A stretch of DNA of 64,000 bases, taken from contig CANJPQ010000003.1 of assembly GCA_947476275.1 (NCBI GenBank), positions 69,189 to 133,188 of the forward strand, read 5' to 3'. Origin of the DNA: Fidelibacterota bacterium. GTDB lineage: Bacteria; Pseudomonadota; Alphaproteobacteria; Rhodospirillales; Rhodospirillaceae. A program made the translations under genes and the position numbers. The notes under the pieces are model-generated. The model was given only the letters and a program-made list of their open reading frames with translations. It made no database searches and had not been told where the DNA came from. Positions 20,261 through 28,729 of the stretch are shown here, one piece after another (within the stretch, counting starts at the first letter, position 1; each line of letters starts with the position of its first letter).

Positions 20261-20763
20261 AACGTAACGCCATCGAGACCGTACTTGGCGGCGTCGTGCT
20301 GGTCGTCGCGGCGATGTTCCTGCTGTTTGCCTATTCGACCGCGAATATCCGCTCCGTGAAGGGTTATCAGGTAACCGCCGACTTCTTGAAGGTCGGCGGA
20401 CTCACGCGCGGCTCGGACGTGCGCGTCAGCGGCATCACCATCGGCACAGTGAGCGACCAGCAACTCGATCCCAAAACCTTCAATGCGCGCGTGACCATGA
20501 CCATCAAGCCCGACGTTCAACTGCCCACCGATACGGTCGCATCGATCGTGGGCGAGGGGCTGCTGGGCGGCAAATACGTCAACCTGACTCCGGGTCAGGC
20601 GAAAGAGCGCATCCCCGCCGGCGGCAAGGTCGCGCAAGCGAAAGACTTCCAGTCCCTCGAAGACATGGTGGGGCAAATTATTTTCCTGGCGACTCAGGAT
20701 CCTAAGAAGCCGGACGATGCACCGGCAGCGACGCGGGCGTTGCCGGCGGAGTCGCCGCAGTGA
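20257..20763 (+). CDS. mlaD: MlaD/MCE-domain protein, paralog 2
   Basis: GTGA overlap with paralog 1. YQVTADFLKVGGLTRGSDVRVSGITIGTV...LLGGKYVNLTPG. Confidence 0.8.
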   Translation: MKRNAIETVLGGVVLVVAAMFLLFAYSTANIRSVKGYQVTADFLKVGGLTRGSDVRVSGITIGTVSDQQLDPKTFNARVTMTIKPDVQLPTDTVASIVGEGLLGGKYVNLTPGQAKERIPAGGKVAQAKDFQSLEDMVGQIIFLATQDPKKPDDAPAATRALPAESPQ

Positions 20764-21149
20764 AGTTGACCCTGATCGCATTGCTGCTCGCGGGCACATC
20801 CGCATTCGCCTCGGACGTACCGACGGATACCGTCGTGCTCGGCGCGCTCGACAAGGTGAGCGGCCGGGTGAATACCATCCGCGGCGGCGTGGGCGAACAG
20901 CTCGCCTTCGGCAATCTGCGGATCGTCGCACGCACTTGCCTGACCCATCCGCCGGAGGAGCGCCCGGAGAATTCGGCGTTCCTGGAAATCGCGCAGATGT
21001 TGCAGGACAAAAAACAGCCGCCCCAGCAGGTCTTCTCCGGCTGGATGTTTTCCTCCAACCCGGCGGTCTCGGCGATGGACCACCCGGTCTACGACGTGTG
21101 GGTGTTGTCCTGCGAGTCCTCCGACAAGAAGGCCTCCAGTTCGCGCTGA
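20760..21149 (+). CDS. DUF2155-like secreted protein
   Basis: GTGA overlap with mlaD-2. Signal peptide MKLTLIALLLAGTSAFA. The position after NDUFA12-like/mlaD is, as I recall, typical of alphaproteobacteria. Confidence 0.7.
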   Translation: MKLTLIALLLAGTSAFASDVPTDTVVLGALDKVSGRVNTIRGGVGEQLAFGNLRIVARTCLTHPPEERPENSAFLEIAQMLQDKKQPPQQVFSGWMFSSNPAVSAMDHPVYDVWVLSCESSDKKASSSR

Positions 21150-21787
21150 GTCGGGGAAGCGCCCCATGTGGCGCTGCGGGCCAGTGCTGCCGCCAGCTCC
21201 ACGAGATATTCCTTCTGGCTGATCTCGATGGTGCCGAACCGCGCCAGGTGATCGGTGATGAACTGGGTGTCGAGCAGGGTAAAGTCGCCGCGCCGCATCA
21301 TCGCGACCAACGCCACCAGAGCGGTCTTCGAGGAGTCGGTGACGCGGCTGAACATGCTTTCGCCGAAGAATGCCGAGCCCATCGCCAGGCCGTAAAGACC
21401 GCCGGCCAGCTTTCCGTCCTTCCAGACCTCGACGCTGTGCGCCACGCCGGCGTGGTGCAGCTCCGTGAACAGATGCACGATCTGCTCATTGATCCAGGTG
21501 TCCGGCCGGACGCGCGTGGTCTCCGCACAGCCTGCCATCACTTCATCGAAGGCTGTATCCACCGTGACGGTGAAAAATCCGCGACGGATGGTCTTCTTGA
21601 GGGAGCGGGGGATGTGGAAGCTCTCGAGCGGCAGAACACCGCGGAGTTTCGGTTGGACCCAAAAAACCGTGCGGTCCTCACGGGATTTCGCCATTGGGAA
21701 CACCCCATAGGCATAGGCCTTGAGGAGCAGTTCCGAGGTGAGTTCGGTGGTCATGAGGGGGCCATCTCCGCGACTGGCCCCCGGCAC
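21089..21787 (-). CDS. aat: leucyl/phenylalanyl-tRNA--protein transferase
   Basis: LLLKAYAYGVFPM...FWVQPKLRGVLPL...GGLYGLAMGSAFFGESMFS. An alternative start lies at 21754. The 3' end overlaps the convergent DUF2155 gene by 61 nt. Confidence 0.9.
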   Translation of the reverse strand: MPGASRGDGPLMTTELTSELLLKAYAYGVFPMAKSREDRTVFWVQPKLRGVLPLESFHIPRSLKKTIRRGFFTVTVDTAFDEVMAGCAETTRVRPDTWINEQIVHLFTELHHAGVAHSVEVWKDGKLAGGLYGLAMGSAFFGESMFSRVTDSSKTALVALVAMMRRGDFTLLDTQFITDHLARFGTIEISQKEYLVELAAALARSATWGASPTQRELEAFLSEDSQDNTHTS

Positions 21788-21816
21788 ACTAGATTGTGCG
21801 CCGGTTCAATTCGTTG

Positions 21817-21864
21817 GCGCGCGATCGGACGGAAAACCGGTACCCACTTTTCCTGATCGCGCGC
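21817..21864. repeat. 48-bp palindromic REP-like intergenic element, copy 1
   Basis: GCGCGCGATCGGACGGAAAACCGGTACCCACTTTTCCTGATCGCGCGC, with an outer GCGCGCGATC/GATCGCGCGC stem and an inner GGAAAA/TTTTCC stem. 46/48 identical to 25423-25470. Confidence 0.8.
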
Positions 21865-23213
21865 TACTTCTTCGCGAATTCCGCGACGAAGTTCTCGAGC
21901 CAGCGGATATCGTAACTGCCGTCGATGATGTCTTGTTCCGCGAGCACGGCCTGATGCAGCGAGATCGTAGTATCGATCCCGTCGATGACATACTCGTGCA
22001 AGGCACGGCGCATGCGCATCAAGCATTCGTTGCGGGTGCTCCCCTGGACGATCAGCTTCGCGATCAGACTATCATAGTGCGGCGGGATTTTGAATCCCGC
22101 GAACATGCCGGAATCGACGCGCACCCGGCGACCGCCCGGGGCATGATAGCCGGTGATCTTTCCCGGCGAGGGTGCAAAGGTGCGGGGGTTCTCCGCATTG
22201 ATGCGGCATTCCATCGCCCAGCCCTCGAACGTGACGTCCTTCTGGCTGAACCCGAGTTCGAGCCCGGCGGAGACCCGGATCTGTTCGCGCACTAGGTCGA
22301 GGCCCGTGACCATTTCGGTCACCGGATGCTCTACCTGCAGCCGCGTGTTCATCTCGATGAAGTAGAACTTGCCGTCTTCGTACAGGAATTCGACCGTGCC
22401 GGCGTTGTAGTAGCCGATCTTGCGCATGGCCGCGCAGACGATCTCGCCGATCTCGTCGCGCTGCTTGGCGTTGAGCGCGGGCGAGGGGGTTTCCTCGAAG
22501 ATCTTCTGGTGCTTGCGCTGGAGCGAGCAGTCGCGCTCGCCCAGGTGCACGACGTTGCCGTGCTTGTCGCCCAGCACTTGAATCTCGATGTGGCGCGGAC
22601 GGCCGAGGTACTTCTCCATGTAGACTTCGCCGTTGCCGAAGGCCGCTTTGGCTTCAGTGGTGGCGGTGGAGAACGCCTCGCGGATTTCGGACTCGTTGTT
22701 GGCGACCTTCATGCCGCGGCCGCCGCCGCCGGCGGACGCCTTGATCAGCACGGGATAGCCCATCTCGCCGGCCAGTTGGGCCGCCGTGTCCGCGTCCGGT
22801 ACTGCGCCGTCGGAACCGGGAACCACCGGGATGCCGATGGCTTTCGCGGTCTGCTTGGCGATCACCTTATCGCCCATCATCTTGATGTGCTCAGGCGACG
22901 GGCCGATGAATGTAATGCCGTGGTCAGCCACCATCTCGGCGAAGGACGCGTTCTCCGACAGGAAGCCATAGCCGGGATGAATGGCGTCGGCATTGGTGAT
23001 GGTGGCGGCTGAGATGATGGCCGCCTTGTTCAGGTAGCTGTCGCGGGCCGGCGGCGGACCGATGCAAACGGTTTCATCCGCAAGGCGCACATGCATGGCC
23101 TCGGAATCGGCGGTCGAATGGACCGCCACGGTCTTGATGCCCATCTCGCGGCACGCCCGCTGGACGCGGAGGGCGATCTCGCCACGGTTGGCGATGAGGA
23201 TCTTTTCAAACAT
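21864..23213 (-). CDS. accC: acetyl-CoA carboxylase biotin carboxylase subunit
   Basis: MFEKILIANRGEIALRV...; ATP-grasp motifs; 449 aa. Confidence 0.97.
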   Translation of the reverse strand: MFEKILIANRGEIALRVQRACREMGIKTVAVHSTADSEAMHVRLADETVCIGPPPARDSYLNKAAIISAATITNADAIHPGYGFLSENASFAEMVADHGITFIGPSPEHIKMMGDKVIAKQTAKAIGIPVVPGSDGAVPDADTAAQLAGEMGYPVLIKASAGGGGRGMKVANNESEIREAFSTATTEAKAAFGNGEVYMEKYLGRPRHIEIQVLGDKHGNVVHLGERDCSLQRKHQKIFEETPSPALNAKQRDEIGEIVCAAMRKIGYYNAGTVEFLYEDGKFYFIEMNTRLQVEHPVTEMVTGLDLVREQIRVSAGLELGFSQKDVTFEGWAMECRINAENPRTFAPSPGKITGYHAPGGRRVRVDSGMFAGFKIPPHYDSLIAKLIVQGSTRNECLMRMRRALHEYVIDGIDTTISLHQAVLAEQDIIDGSYDIRWLENFVAEFAKK

Positions 23214-23216
23214 CGC

Positions 23217-23771
23217 TTATTCGATGACGACGAGGACTTCGCCGTATTCCACCGGGGCGCCGTTTTCCACCATGATGCGGACGATCTTGCCGCTGCGCGG
23301 CGCCTTGACCGGGTTGAAGGTCTTCATGGCCTCGATCAGGGCGATGGTCTGGCCTTCGCTGATGCTGGCGCCCACGGTGATGAACGGAGCGGCGCCGGGT
23401 TCCGGCGAGAGATAAGCCACGCCGACCATGGGTGACTTCACCGCGCCCGGATGACTGGCGGCATCCGCCGGCGTCGCGGGGGCGGCCGGCGCACTTGCCG
23501 CGGCGGCGGGCGCGAACGCCATGGCCGTTGGCGCCGCCGACATCACGGTGTGCTGCACGTTGCGGGCGACGCGGATCCGCAGGCCGCCCGACTCATATTC
23601 GACCTCGGTGAGGCCGGTTTCGTTCAGCACATCGGCCAATTGCCGTACGAGTTCGCTGTCGATTTTGGTGGTCATCGTCTCTGTAACCTTCTTAGGGGCC
23701 GTCCCGGTCGCCACGGGGTCAGCCGCGGAGGATGCGGCATTCGCAGGGGCCGGGCTCTTTGGTTTCTTCAC
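23217..23771 (-). CDS. accB: acetyl-CoA carboxylase biotin carboxyl carrier protein
   Basis: C-terminal lipoyl/biotinyl domain with IEAMKT. The GTG start overlaps the aroQ TGA. An internal ATG (MTTKIDSEL) is an alternative start. Confidence 0.9.
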   Translation of the reverse strand: MKKPKSPAPANAASSAADPVATGTAPKKVTETMTTKIDSELVRQLADVLNETGLTEVEYESGGLRIRVARNVQHTVMSAAPTAMAFAPAAAASAPAAPATPADAASHPGAVKSPMVGVAYLSPEPGAAPFITVGASISEGQTIALIEAMKTFNPVKAPRSGKIVRIMVENGAPVEYGEVLVVIE

Positions 23772-24217
23772 GCTTTTGCCTTCGTCACGAGGTCCGCCAT
23801 GGCGTCGATCGCCAGCAGATAGCCGTGCGGACCGAGACCGCAGATCACACCGGTCGCGACGGCGCTGATGTAGGAGTGGTGGCGGAAGTCCTCGCGCTTG
23901 AAGATGTTCGATATGTGGACTTCGATCACCGGCTGATCGGCCGCCGAGAGCGCATCCATGATCGCGATCGACGTGTGGGTATAGCCGGCTGCATTGATGA
24001 TGATGCCGTCGCTGTTGCCGCGGGCGGCTTGAATCCAGCCGATGATTTCGCCTTCGGCGTTGCTCTGGCGAAAGTCGATCGTCAGGTCGCGTTCCTTGGC
24101 GCGGCCGACGCAGGCGACCTTGATGTCGTCCAGCGTCGCGCGGCCATAGATATGCGGTTCCCGCGCGCCAAGCAGGTTCAGGTTCGGTCCGTTGATGACC
24201 AAAATCGTCCGTGCCAC
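23768..24217 (-). CDS. aroQ: type II 3-dehydroquinate dehydratase
   Basis: ILVINGPNLNLLGAREPHIYG...; 149 aa. Confidence 0.95.
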   Translation of the reverse strand: MARTILVINGPNLNLLGAREPHIYGRATLDDIKVACVGRAKERDLTIDFRQSNAEGEIIGWIQAARGNSDGIIINAAGYTHTSIAIMDALSAADQPVIEVHISNIFKREDFRHHSYISAVATGVICGLGPHGYLLAIDAMADLVTKAKA

Positions 24218-24431
24218 GTGTCGTCCCGCCGCCCCAGAGTTCCCGCGGTCTTATAAATGCCGGTCAGGGATATACTAGGGCTTTGGTTAGGGCAACCTTT
24301 CCGGCGGCGGATACGACCTTGCGCGTTGACATTGCTGGGTTTTTTGAGGCAGCCGATGGCCCGGCCCGGTTGCATCCCGTCCCCGGCGCCCCCATACTGC
24401 CGCCCCATCCCCCGGACAGTCACCGCTCCGC

Positions 24432-25415
24432 ATGACCATTATATTGAACGGCGAAAGCCGACCGCTCACCCAACCGCAAACCGTGGCCGGGCTTTTGGCC
24501 GACCTTGGAATCGACCATCGCAAGGTGGCGGTGGAGCGGAACCTGGAAATCGTGCCGAAGTCGGCGTTCGCCTCCACCCAGTTGGGGGAGGGGGACCGGA
24601 TCGAGATCGTCCACTTCATCGGTGGCGGGAAAGAGGACGCGGTGGAGGAAGATGGCTTTGTCATTTCGGGGCGGAAGTTCACATCCCGCCTGATCGTCGG
24701 CACCGGCAAGTACAAGGACTTTCCAGAAACGGCGCTGGCGATTGCAGCCTCGGGCGCGGAGATCGTCACGGTGGCGGTGCGGCGCGTAAACCTGTCGGAT
24801 CCGTCCCAGCCGATGCTGGTCGATTACGTGGACCCGAAGAAATACACGTTCCTGCCCAACACGGCCGGTTGCTACACGGCGCAAGATGCGGTCCGCACGC
24901 TGCGTCTCGCGCGCGAGGCCGGCGGCTGGAATCTGGTGAAGCTCGAAGTCCTGGGCGATCAGAAGACGCTCTACCCCAACATGGTCGAGACGCTCAGCGC
25001 CGCCGAAGCCCTGATCAAGGACGGCTTCGAGGTGATGGTGTATTGCAGCGACGATCCGATCATGGCGAAGAAGCTCGAGGACCTGGGCTGTTGCGCCATC
25101 ATGCCGCTGGGGTCGTTGATCGGGTCGGGCCTGGGAATCCAGAGTCCCGTGAACATCCGTCTGATCGTCGAGCAGTCTAAAGTGCCGGTGCTGGTGGATG
25201 CCGGTGTCGGCACCGCGTCGGACGCGGCGGTGGCGATGGAACTCGGCTGCGACGGCGTGCTGATGAATACCGCCATCGCCCATGCCAAGAACCCGATCCT
25301 GATGGCCAAGGCGATGAAGGCGGCGGTCGAGGCGGGGCGTCTGTGCTATCTGGCCGGCCGCATGCCGAAGAAGATGTATGCCGATCCGTCGTCACCGCTG
25401 GCGGGCTTGATCTAA
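24432..25415 (+). CDS. thiG: ThiS-ThiG fusion (sulfur carrier + thiazole synthase)
   Basis: Residues 1-66 are ThiS-like and end ...[10 protein letters not shown]. There is no stop codon; the linker KEDAVEEDG runs straight into ThiG ([15 protein letters not shown]..., [28 protein letters not shown]). Confidence 0.9.
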   Translation: MTIILNGESRPLTQPQTVAGLLADLGIDHRKVAVERNLEIVPKSAFASTQLGEGDRIEIVHFIGGGKEDAVEEDGFVISGRKFTSRLIVGTGKYKDFPETALAIAASGAEIVTVAVRRVNLSDPSQPMLVDYVDPKKYTFLPNTAGCYTAQDAVRTLRLAREAGGWNLVKLEVLGDQKTLYPNMVETLSAAEALIKDGFEVMVYCSDDPIMAKKLEDLGCCAIMPLGSLIGSGLGIQSPVNIRLIVEQSKVPVLVDAGVGTASDAAVAMELGCDGVLMNTAIAHAKNPILMAKAMKAAVEAGRLCYLAGRMPKKMYADPSSPLAGLI

Positions 25416-25422
25416 CTAGTTT

Positions 25423-25470
25423 GCGCGCGATCGGACGGAAAACCGGTAACCACTTTTCCTGATTGCGCGC
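25423..25470. repeat. 48-bp palindromic REP-like intergenic element, copy 2
   Basis: GCGCGCGATCGGACGGAAAACCGGTAACCACTTTTCCTGATTGCGCGC. It differs from copy 1 at two positions. Confidence 0.8.
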
Positions 25471-25489
25471 TCGGCAGGAATTGCCGAGC
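25469..25489. promoter_or_regulatory. 8-5-8 dyad, candidate enhancer (bEBP site) or hairpin upstream of flgE
   Basis: GCTCGGCA-ggaat-TGCCGAGC, centred about 81 nt upstream of the -24 GG of the sigma-54 promoter. Confidence 0.35.
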
Positions 25490-25558
25490 AACGCGATCCT
25501 TGCCGTGCTCCGGCGGCGCCTTCGCGCACTAACCTGCTGAAATTCCACACTTCACGTT

Positions 25559-25574
25559 TGGCACCTGGATTGCT
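25559..25574 (+). promoter_or_regulatory. sigma-54 (RpoN) -24/-12 promoter of flgE
   Basis: TGGCAC-ctgga-TTGCT, an exact match to TGGCAC-N5-TTGCW, lying 57 nt upstream of the flgE ATG. Confidence 0.7.
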
Positions 25575-25630
25575 TCGTCTGGGTGACGCCACCCGTCTGT
25601 TTTGCGCGTGGTTCCGATCGGAGAAGTGCG

Positions 25631-26914
25631 ATGAGTCTTCAGGGTACGTTCAACACCGCGGTTCAGGGGATGAACACCGACGCGCATGCGATGTCGGTAA
25701 TCTCGAGCAATATCGCGAACGTTGCGACCACCGGCTACAAGACCCAGAACACGCACTTCGAGACGATCCTCAATCACGTTCGTCCGAACGAACAGAAATT
25801 CCTCAGCGTCAAGGCGGTCGACTGGCGCAACGTCTCGGCCCAAGGGCAGATCGGTACGACCAACCGCACGCTCGACCTCGCGCTGAATGGGCGCGGGTTC
25901 ATGGTCACGAATACCGAGGCCGACGGCAGCGGCATTTGGCAGTTCACCCGCGACGGCGGCATGTTCGGCAAAGCGACTAACATCGGGACAACGCAGGACC
26001 CGGTGCCGGGTGTGCAGCTGATGACCAGCGGCGGCGCGACGCTGTTCGGCTGGCCCGTCAATTCGGACGGTACGTTCACCGAGACCGGAAGCCTGTCATC
26101 CTTGAAGCCCGTCAGCTATTCGATGGACGCGGTGCTGCCGGCGAAGCCGACGGAAAATATCAATTTGGCGGCGAACGTGTCGGGCGAGGTCGATGGCCGC
26201 CAGACCGTGACGGTGCCGTACATCGATCTGAACGGCAGCTCGCGGACGATCACGATTGGGTTCACGCCGGTGCCGGGGGCGTTGGGTACCGACGGTACGC
26301 TGACATCCACCTACGACCTGGATTTCACCGCCTCGACTGGCGAGAACGTCACATCGAACGATGTTCGCACCCAGTTCGGCACCCAGGCGCAGCTCATCGT
26401 ACCGACGTCCGGGGCGCTGCAATTGAACGTCGGCGATCCGCTGGGCACCGTGCAGCCGATCAATCTCAATCTGTCGCAAATGACGGATTTCAAGGACCAG
26501 GGGCAGATCACGGTCCAAAATGTCGACGATGATGGCTATCTCGCGAGCCGTTTGAACAATGCGTATTTCAATTCCGAAGGCGTGCTGATCGGTTCCTACG
26601 CCAATGGCGAGGTCAAAAACCTGTTTAAGCTGCCTGTCGCGACGTTTGCGGTCGAGGACAAGCTGTCGGCGATGCCCGGCAACTACTTTGTTCAAACCGA
26701 AGAGGCCGGCCAGATGCAAATCCGCGGGCTGGGATCGCAGAGCACCAGCACGGGCGGCACCGCATTCGTGGCGGGTGCCCTGGAGCGATCGACGGTCGAT
26801 CTTGCGGATCAGTTCTCGCGCATGATCGTCACGCAACGCGCCTACTCGAGCAATGCACAGGTCGTGCGCGCGGCGGACGAAATGACCCAGGCCGTGCGCG
26901 ATCTGAAGCGCTAG
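25631..26914 (+). CDS. flgE: flagellar hook protein FlgE
   Basis: N-terminus MSLQGTFNTAVQGMNTDAHAMSVISSNIANVATTGYK. C-terminus GALERSTVDLADQFSRMIVTQRAYSSNAQVVRAADEMTQAV. GGAGAAG Shine-Dalgarno. Start trimmed from 25583. Confidence 0.9.
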   Translation: MSLQGTFNTAVQGMNTDAHAMSVISSNIANVATTGYKTQNTHFETILNHVRPNEQKFLSVKAVDWRNVSAQGQIGTTNRTLDLALNGRGFMVTNTEADGSGIWQFTRDGGMFGKATNIGTTQDPVPGVQLMTSGGATLFGWPVNSDGTFTETGSLSSLKPVSYSMDAVLPAKPTENINLAANVSGEVDGRQTVTVPYIDLNGSSRTITIGFTPVPGALGTDGTLTSTYDLDFTASTGENVTSNDVRTQFGTQAQLIVPTSGALQLNVGDPLGTVQPINLNLSQMTDFKDQGQITVQNVDDDGYLASRLNNAYFNSEGVLIGSYANGEVKNLFKLPVATFAVEDKLSAMPGNYFVQTEEAGQMQIRGLGSQSTSTGGTAFVAGALERSTVDLADQFSRMIVTQRAYSSNAQVVRAADEMTQAVRDLKR

Positions 26915-26919
26915 ACCGC

Positions 26920-27291
26920 TTAAGGCTTCGGAACGATCGCCGTTCCAACGGGCGCGAGGCTCAAGCGTGCGAGTTTCAGATGTGCCCAGGCGAAGGGCAG
27001 GCCGATGACCGTTACCGCCAGCAGCGCGGCGACGATCAGATGACCGAGCGCCAGCCACCAGCCCGCAAGCACGAACCAGATCACGTTGCCAAAAAAGCTG
27101 AGCGGCCCGCTGCCGATATCGTGCACTTCTTGTCCGAACGGCAGCAGGGTGTAGCCGGCGATGCGCAAGGCCGCCGGCGCCCAGGGCAGTCCGACGATCG
27201 TGATTGCCATGATCGCCGCGGCGATCAGCCAGCCCACCGCCATGGCGAGGCCGCCGCACAGAAGCCACAGGATGTTGAGGATCAGCGCCAT
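26920..27291 (-). CDS. yccF: YccF-domain inner membrane protein
   Basis: Duplicated GLPxA/W hydrophobic repeats (ITIVGLPWAPAALRIA / VTVIGLPFAWAHLKLA); 123 aa. Confidence 0.85.
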   Translation of the reverse strand: MALILNILWLLCGGLAMAVGWLIAAAIMAITIVGLPWAPAALRIAGYTLLPFGQEVHDIGSGPLSFFGNVIWFVLAGWWLALGHLIVAALLAVTVIGLPFAWAHLKLARLSLAPVGTAIVPKP

Positions 27292-27300
27292 GGCCGTTCC

Positions 27301-27909
27301 CTATGCCGCGGACTGTTTGCGCAACAATAGCTTTTCGCGGAACACTTCGTAGATCGACACGCCCACGGTGGAGGCGATCTCGCGGGCACTCATCTGGGTT
27401 TCCGTGAGCAGGACGCGGATGAACTCGTCGCGTTTGCGGAAAGCGTGCTTGTTCTTACGCGGAACATGGTCGCGCGCCTTCGCGGCTTTCTTCGCGGCCG
27501 CGGCGCGTTCCTCTGCGTCCAATCCGCGCTGGATGGCCTCGGCCATGGCCGCGTCGTAGCGGCGTTTCTCCGTATCCATGCGCCCTTGTTCGGCCGCGGC
27601 GCTGCCACGGTTGCCGAAGCGGCTATAGGTGCGGCCGGTGCGCGGATCGCCATGGAGGCCGGCGGCGCGCATGGCGGCTGCGCCGAAGTCCGACTTAAAC
27701 CCGGCGGGGCGGCGCGGTGGGCGCTTGCGCACCGCAGGTTCTTCCGGTTCGGCCATGCCCGCGGCTTCATGCAGCGACATGCCGTGACTGGCGGCCAGAC
27801 GCGTCGCGGCGGCAAGCGCTGCGTCGCGCTCGCCGGTGAAGGTCGACGAATTGGCGACCTCCAGCAGCTTGCGAAACCGCAGCCGCTCCTTGACAGTAAA
27901 TTCCTCCAC
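27301..27909 (-). CDS. hypothetical protein, DUF2786-like N-terminus and C-terminal HTH-like segment
   Basis: RLRFRKLLEVANSSTFTGERDAALAAATRLAASHGM at the N-terminus and MSAREIASTVGVSIYEVFR at the C-terminus. Start set at GTG 27909 to avoid overlap with dsbA. The family call is tentative. Confidence 0.55.
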   Translation of the reverse strand: MEEFTVKERLRFRKLLEVANSSTFTGERDAALAAATRLAASHGMSLHEAAGMAEPEEPAVRKRPPRRPAGFKSDFGAAAMRAAGLHGDPRTGRTYSRFGNRGSAAAEQGRMDTEKRRYDAAMAEAIQRGLDAEERAAAAKKAAKARDHVPRKNKHAFRKRDEFIRVLLTETQMSAREIASTVGVSIYEVFREKLLLRKQSAA

Positions 27910-27932
27910 GAACCCAGATCCCGCCGCGCGGC

Positions 27933-28712
27933 TTACGCCTTGCCGCGCGCCTTTGCGACCATCTCCTTGAGGCGGCTCTTGTCGATGGCGCCCGGCGCGA
28001 CCGTGTCGCCGATCAGGACCCACGGCGTACCGTTGATATCGAGGTCGCGGCCAAGATCGTGGTTCTTGTCGACGATCTTCATCACGTCGTCGCTCTTCAT
28101 GTCGGTCTGGAGCTTGGTCATGTCGAGACCGGTATCCTTGGCGATCTTCATGATCGTGTCGTCGGTGAGCTGGCCCTTGTAGCTCATCAGCGCGACATGG
28201 AATTCGGAATACTTGCCTTGCTTGACGGAGGCGAGGGCGGCCTTGGAGGCGGTCATGGAACTCGGCCCGAGGATCGGGAATTCCTTCAGGACGAGGCGCA
28301 CCTTGCCGTCTTCCTTCAGCATCTCCATGACGGCCGGGAACATGCTCTTGCAGTAGCCGCAGTTGTAATCGAAGAACTCCACGAGCGTGACGTCACCCTT
28401 GGGGTTGCCGATCACGGTGCCCTCGGCAGATTCCTTGAGCTCCTTGTTCTTGCTGACAAGCGTCTTCTTCTGCTTGTCGGCGCGCTCCTTCTCTTCTTTC
28501 GCCTGCAAGGCCTGCACGGCCTCGGAAATCACTTCCGGATTCTCCAGCAGATAGGAGCGGATCAGCGTCTTCATCTCTTCGCGCTGCGCTGGCGTAAAGC
28601 TGCTGGCTTTTGGCGCCGCAGCTGGGGTGTCGGCGGCGAACGCCGACGCGCCGAACATGAGTGCGGCCGTCAGGATCAGACGCCCAAGAGGGCGGGAGAT
28701 GAGCGAAGCCAT
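27933..28712 (-). CDS. DsbA-family thiol:disulfide oxidoreductase
   Basis: Signal peptide MASLISRPLGRLILTAALMFGASAFA; active site FFDYNCGYCK. ATG 28712 with a GAGGGA Shine-Dalgarno. Confidence 0.85.
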   Translation of the reverse strand: MASLISRPLGRLILTAALMFGASAFAADTPAAAPKASSFTPAQREEMKTLIRSYLLENPEVISEAVQALQAKEEKERADKQKKTLVSKNKELKESAEGTVIGNPKGDVTLVEFFDYNCGYCKSMFPAVMEMLKEDGKVRLVLKEFPILGPSSMTASKAALASVKQGKYSEFHVALMSYKGQLTDDTIMKIAKDTGLDMTKLQTDMKSDDVMKIVDKNHDLGRDLDINGTPWVLIGDTVAPGAIDKSRLKEMVAKARGKA

Positions 28713-28729
28713 GGCGATGTCCCTCATTG

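Noticed and set aside
21089-21149. 61-nt overlap of the convergent DUF2155 and aat 3' ends
   Set aside because: Both reading frames have family-typical sequence up to near their ends. Overlapping convergent tails occur in compact genomes, and I see no evidence of a frameshift or mis-assembly.
24218-24431. Looked for a TPP (THI-box) riboswitch upstream of thiSG
   Set aside because: Only a loose resemblance was found (AAUGCCGGUCAGGGA versus the AAUGCCGGCGUAGGGA-type segment). There is no CUGAGA element or matching P2/P4 pairing, and the segment abuts the divergent aroQ start. Not supportable by eye; a covariance-model scan would settle it.
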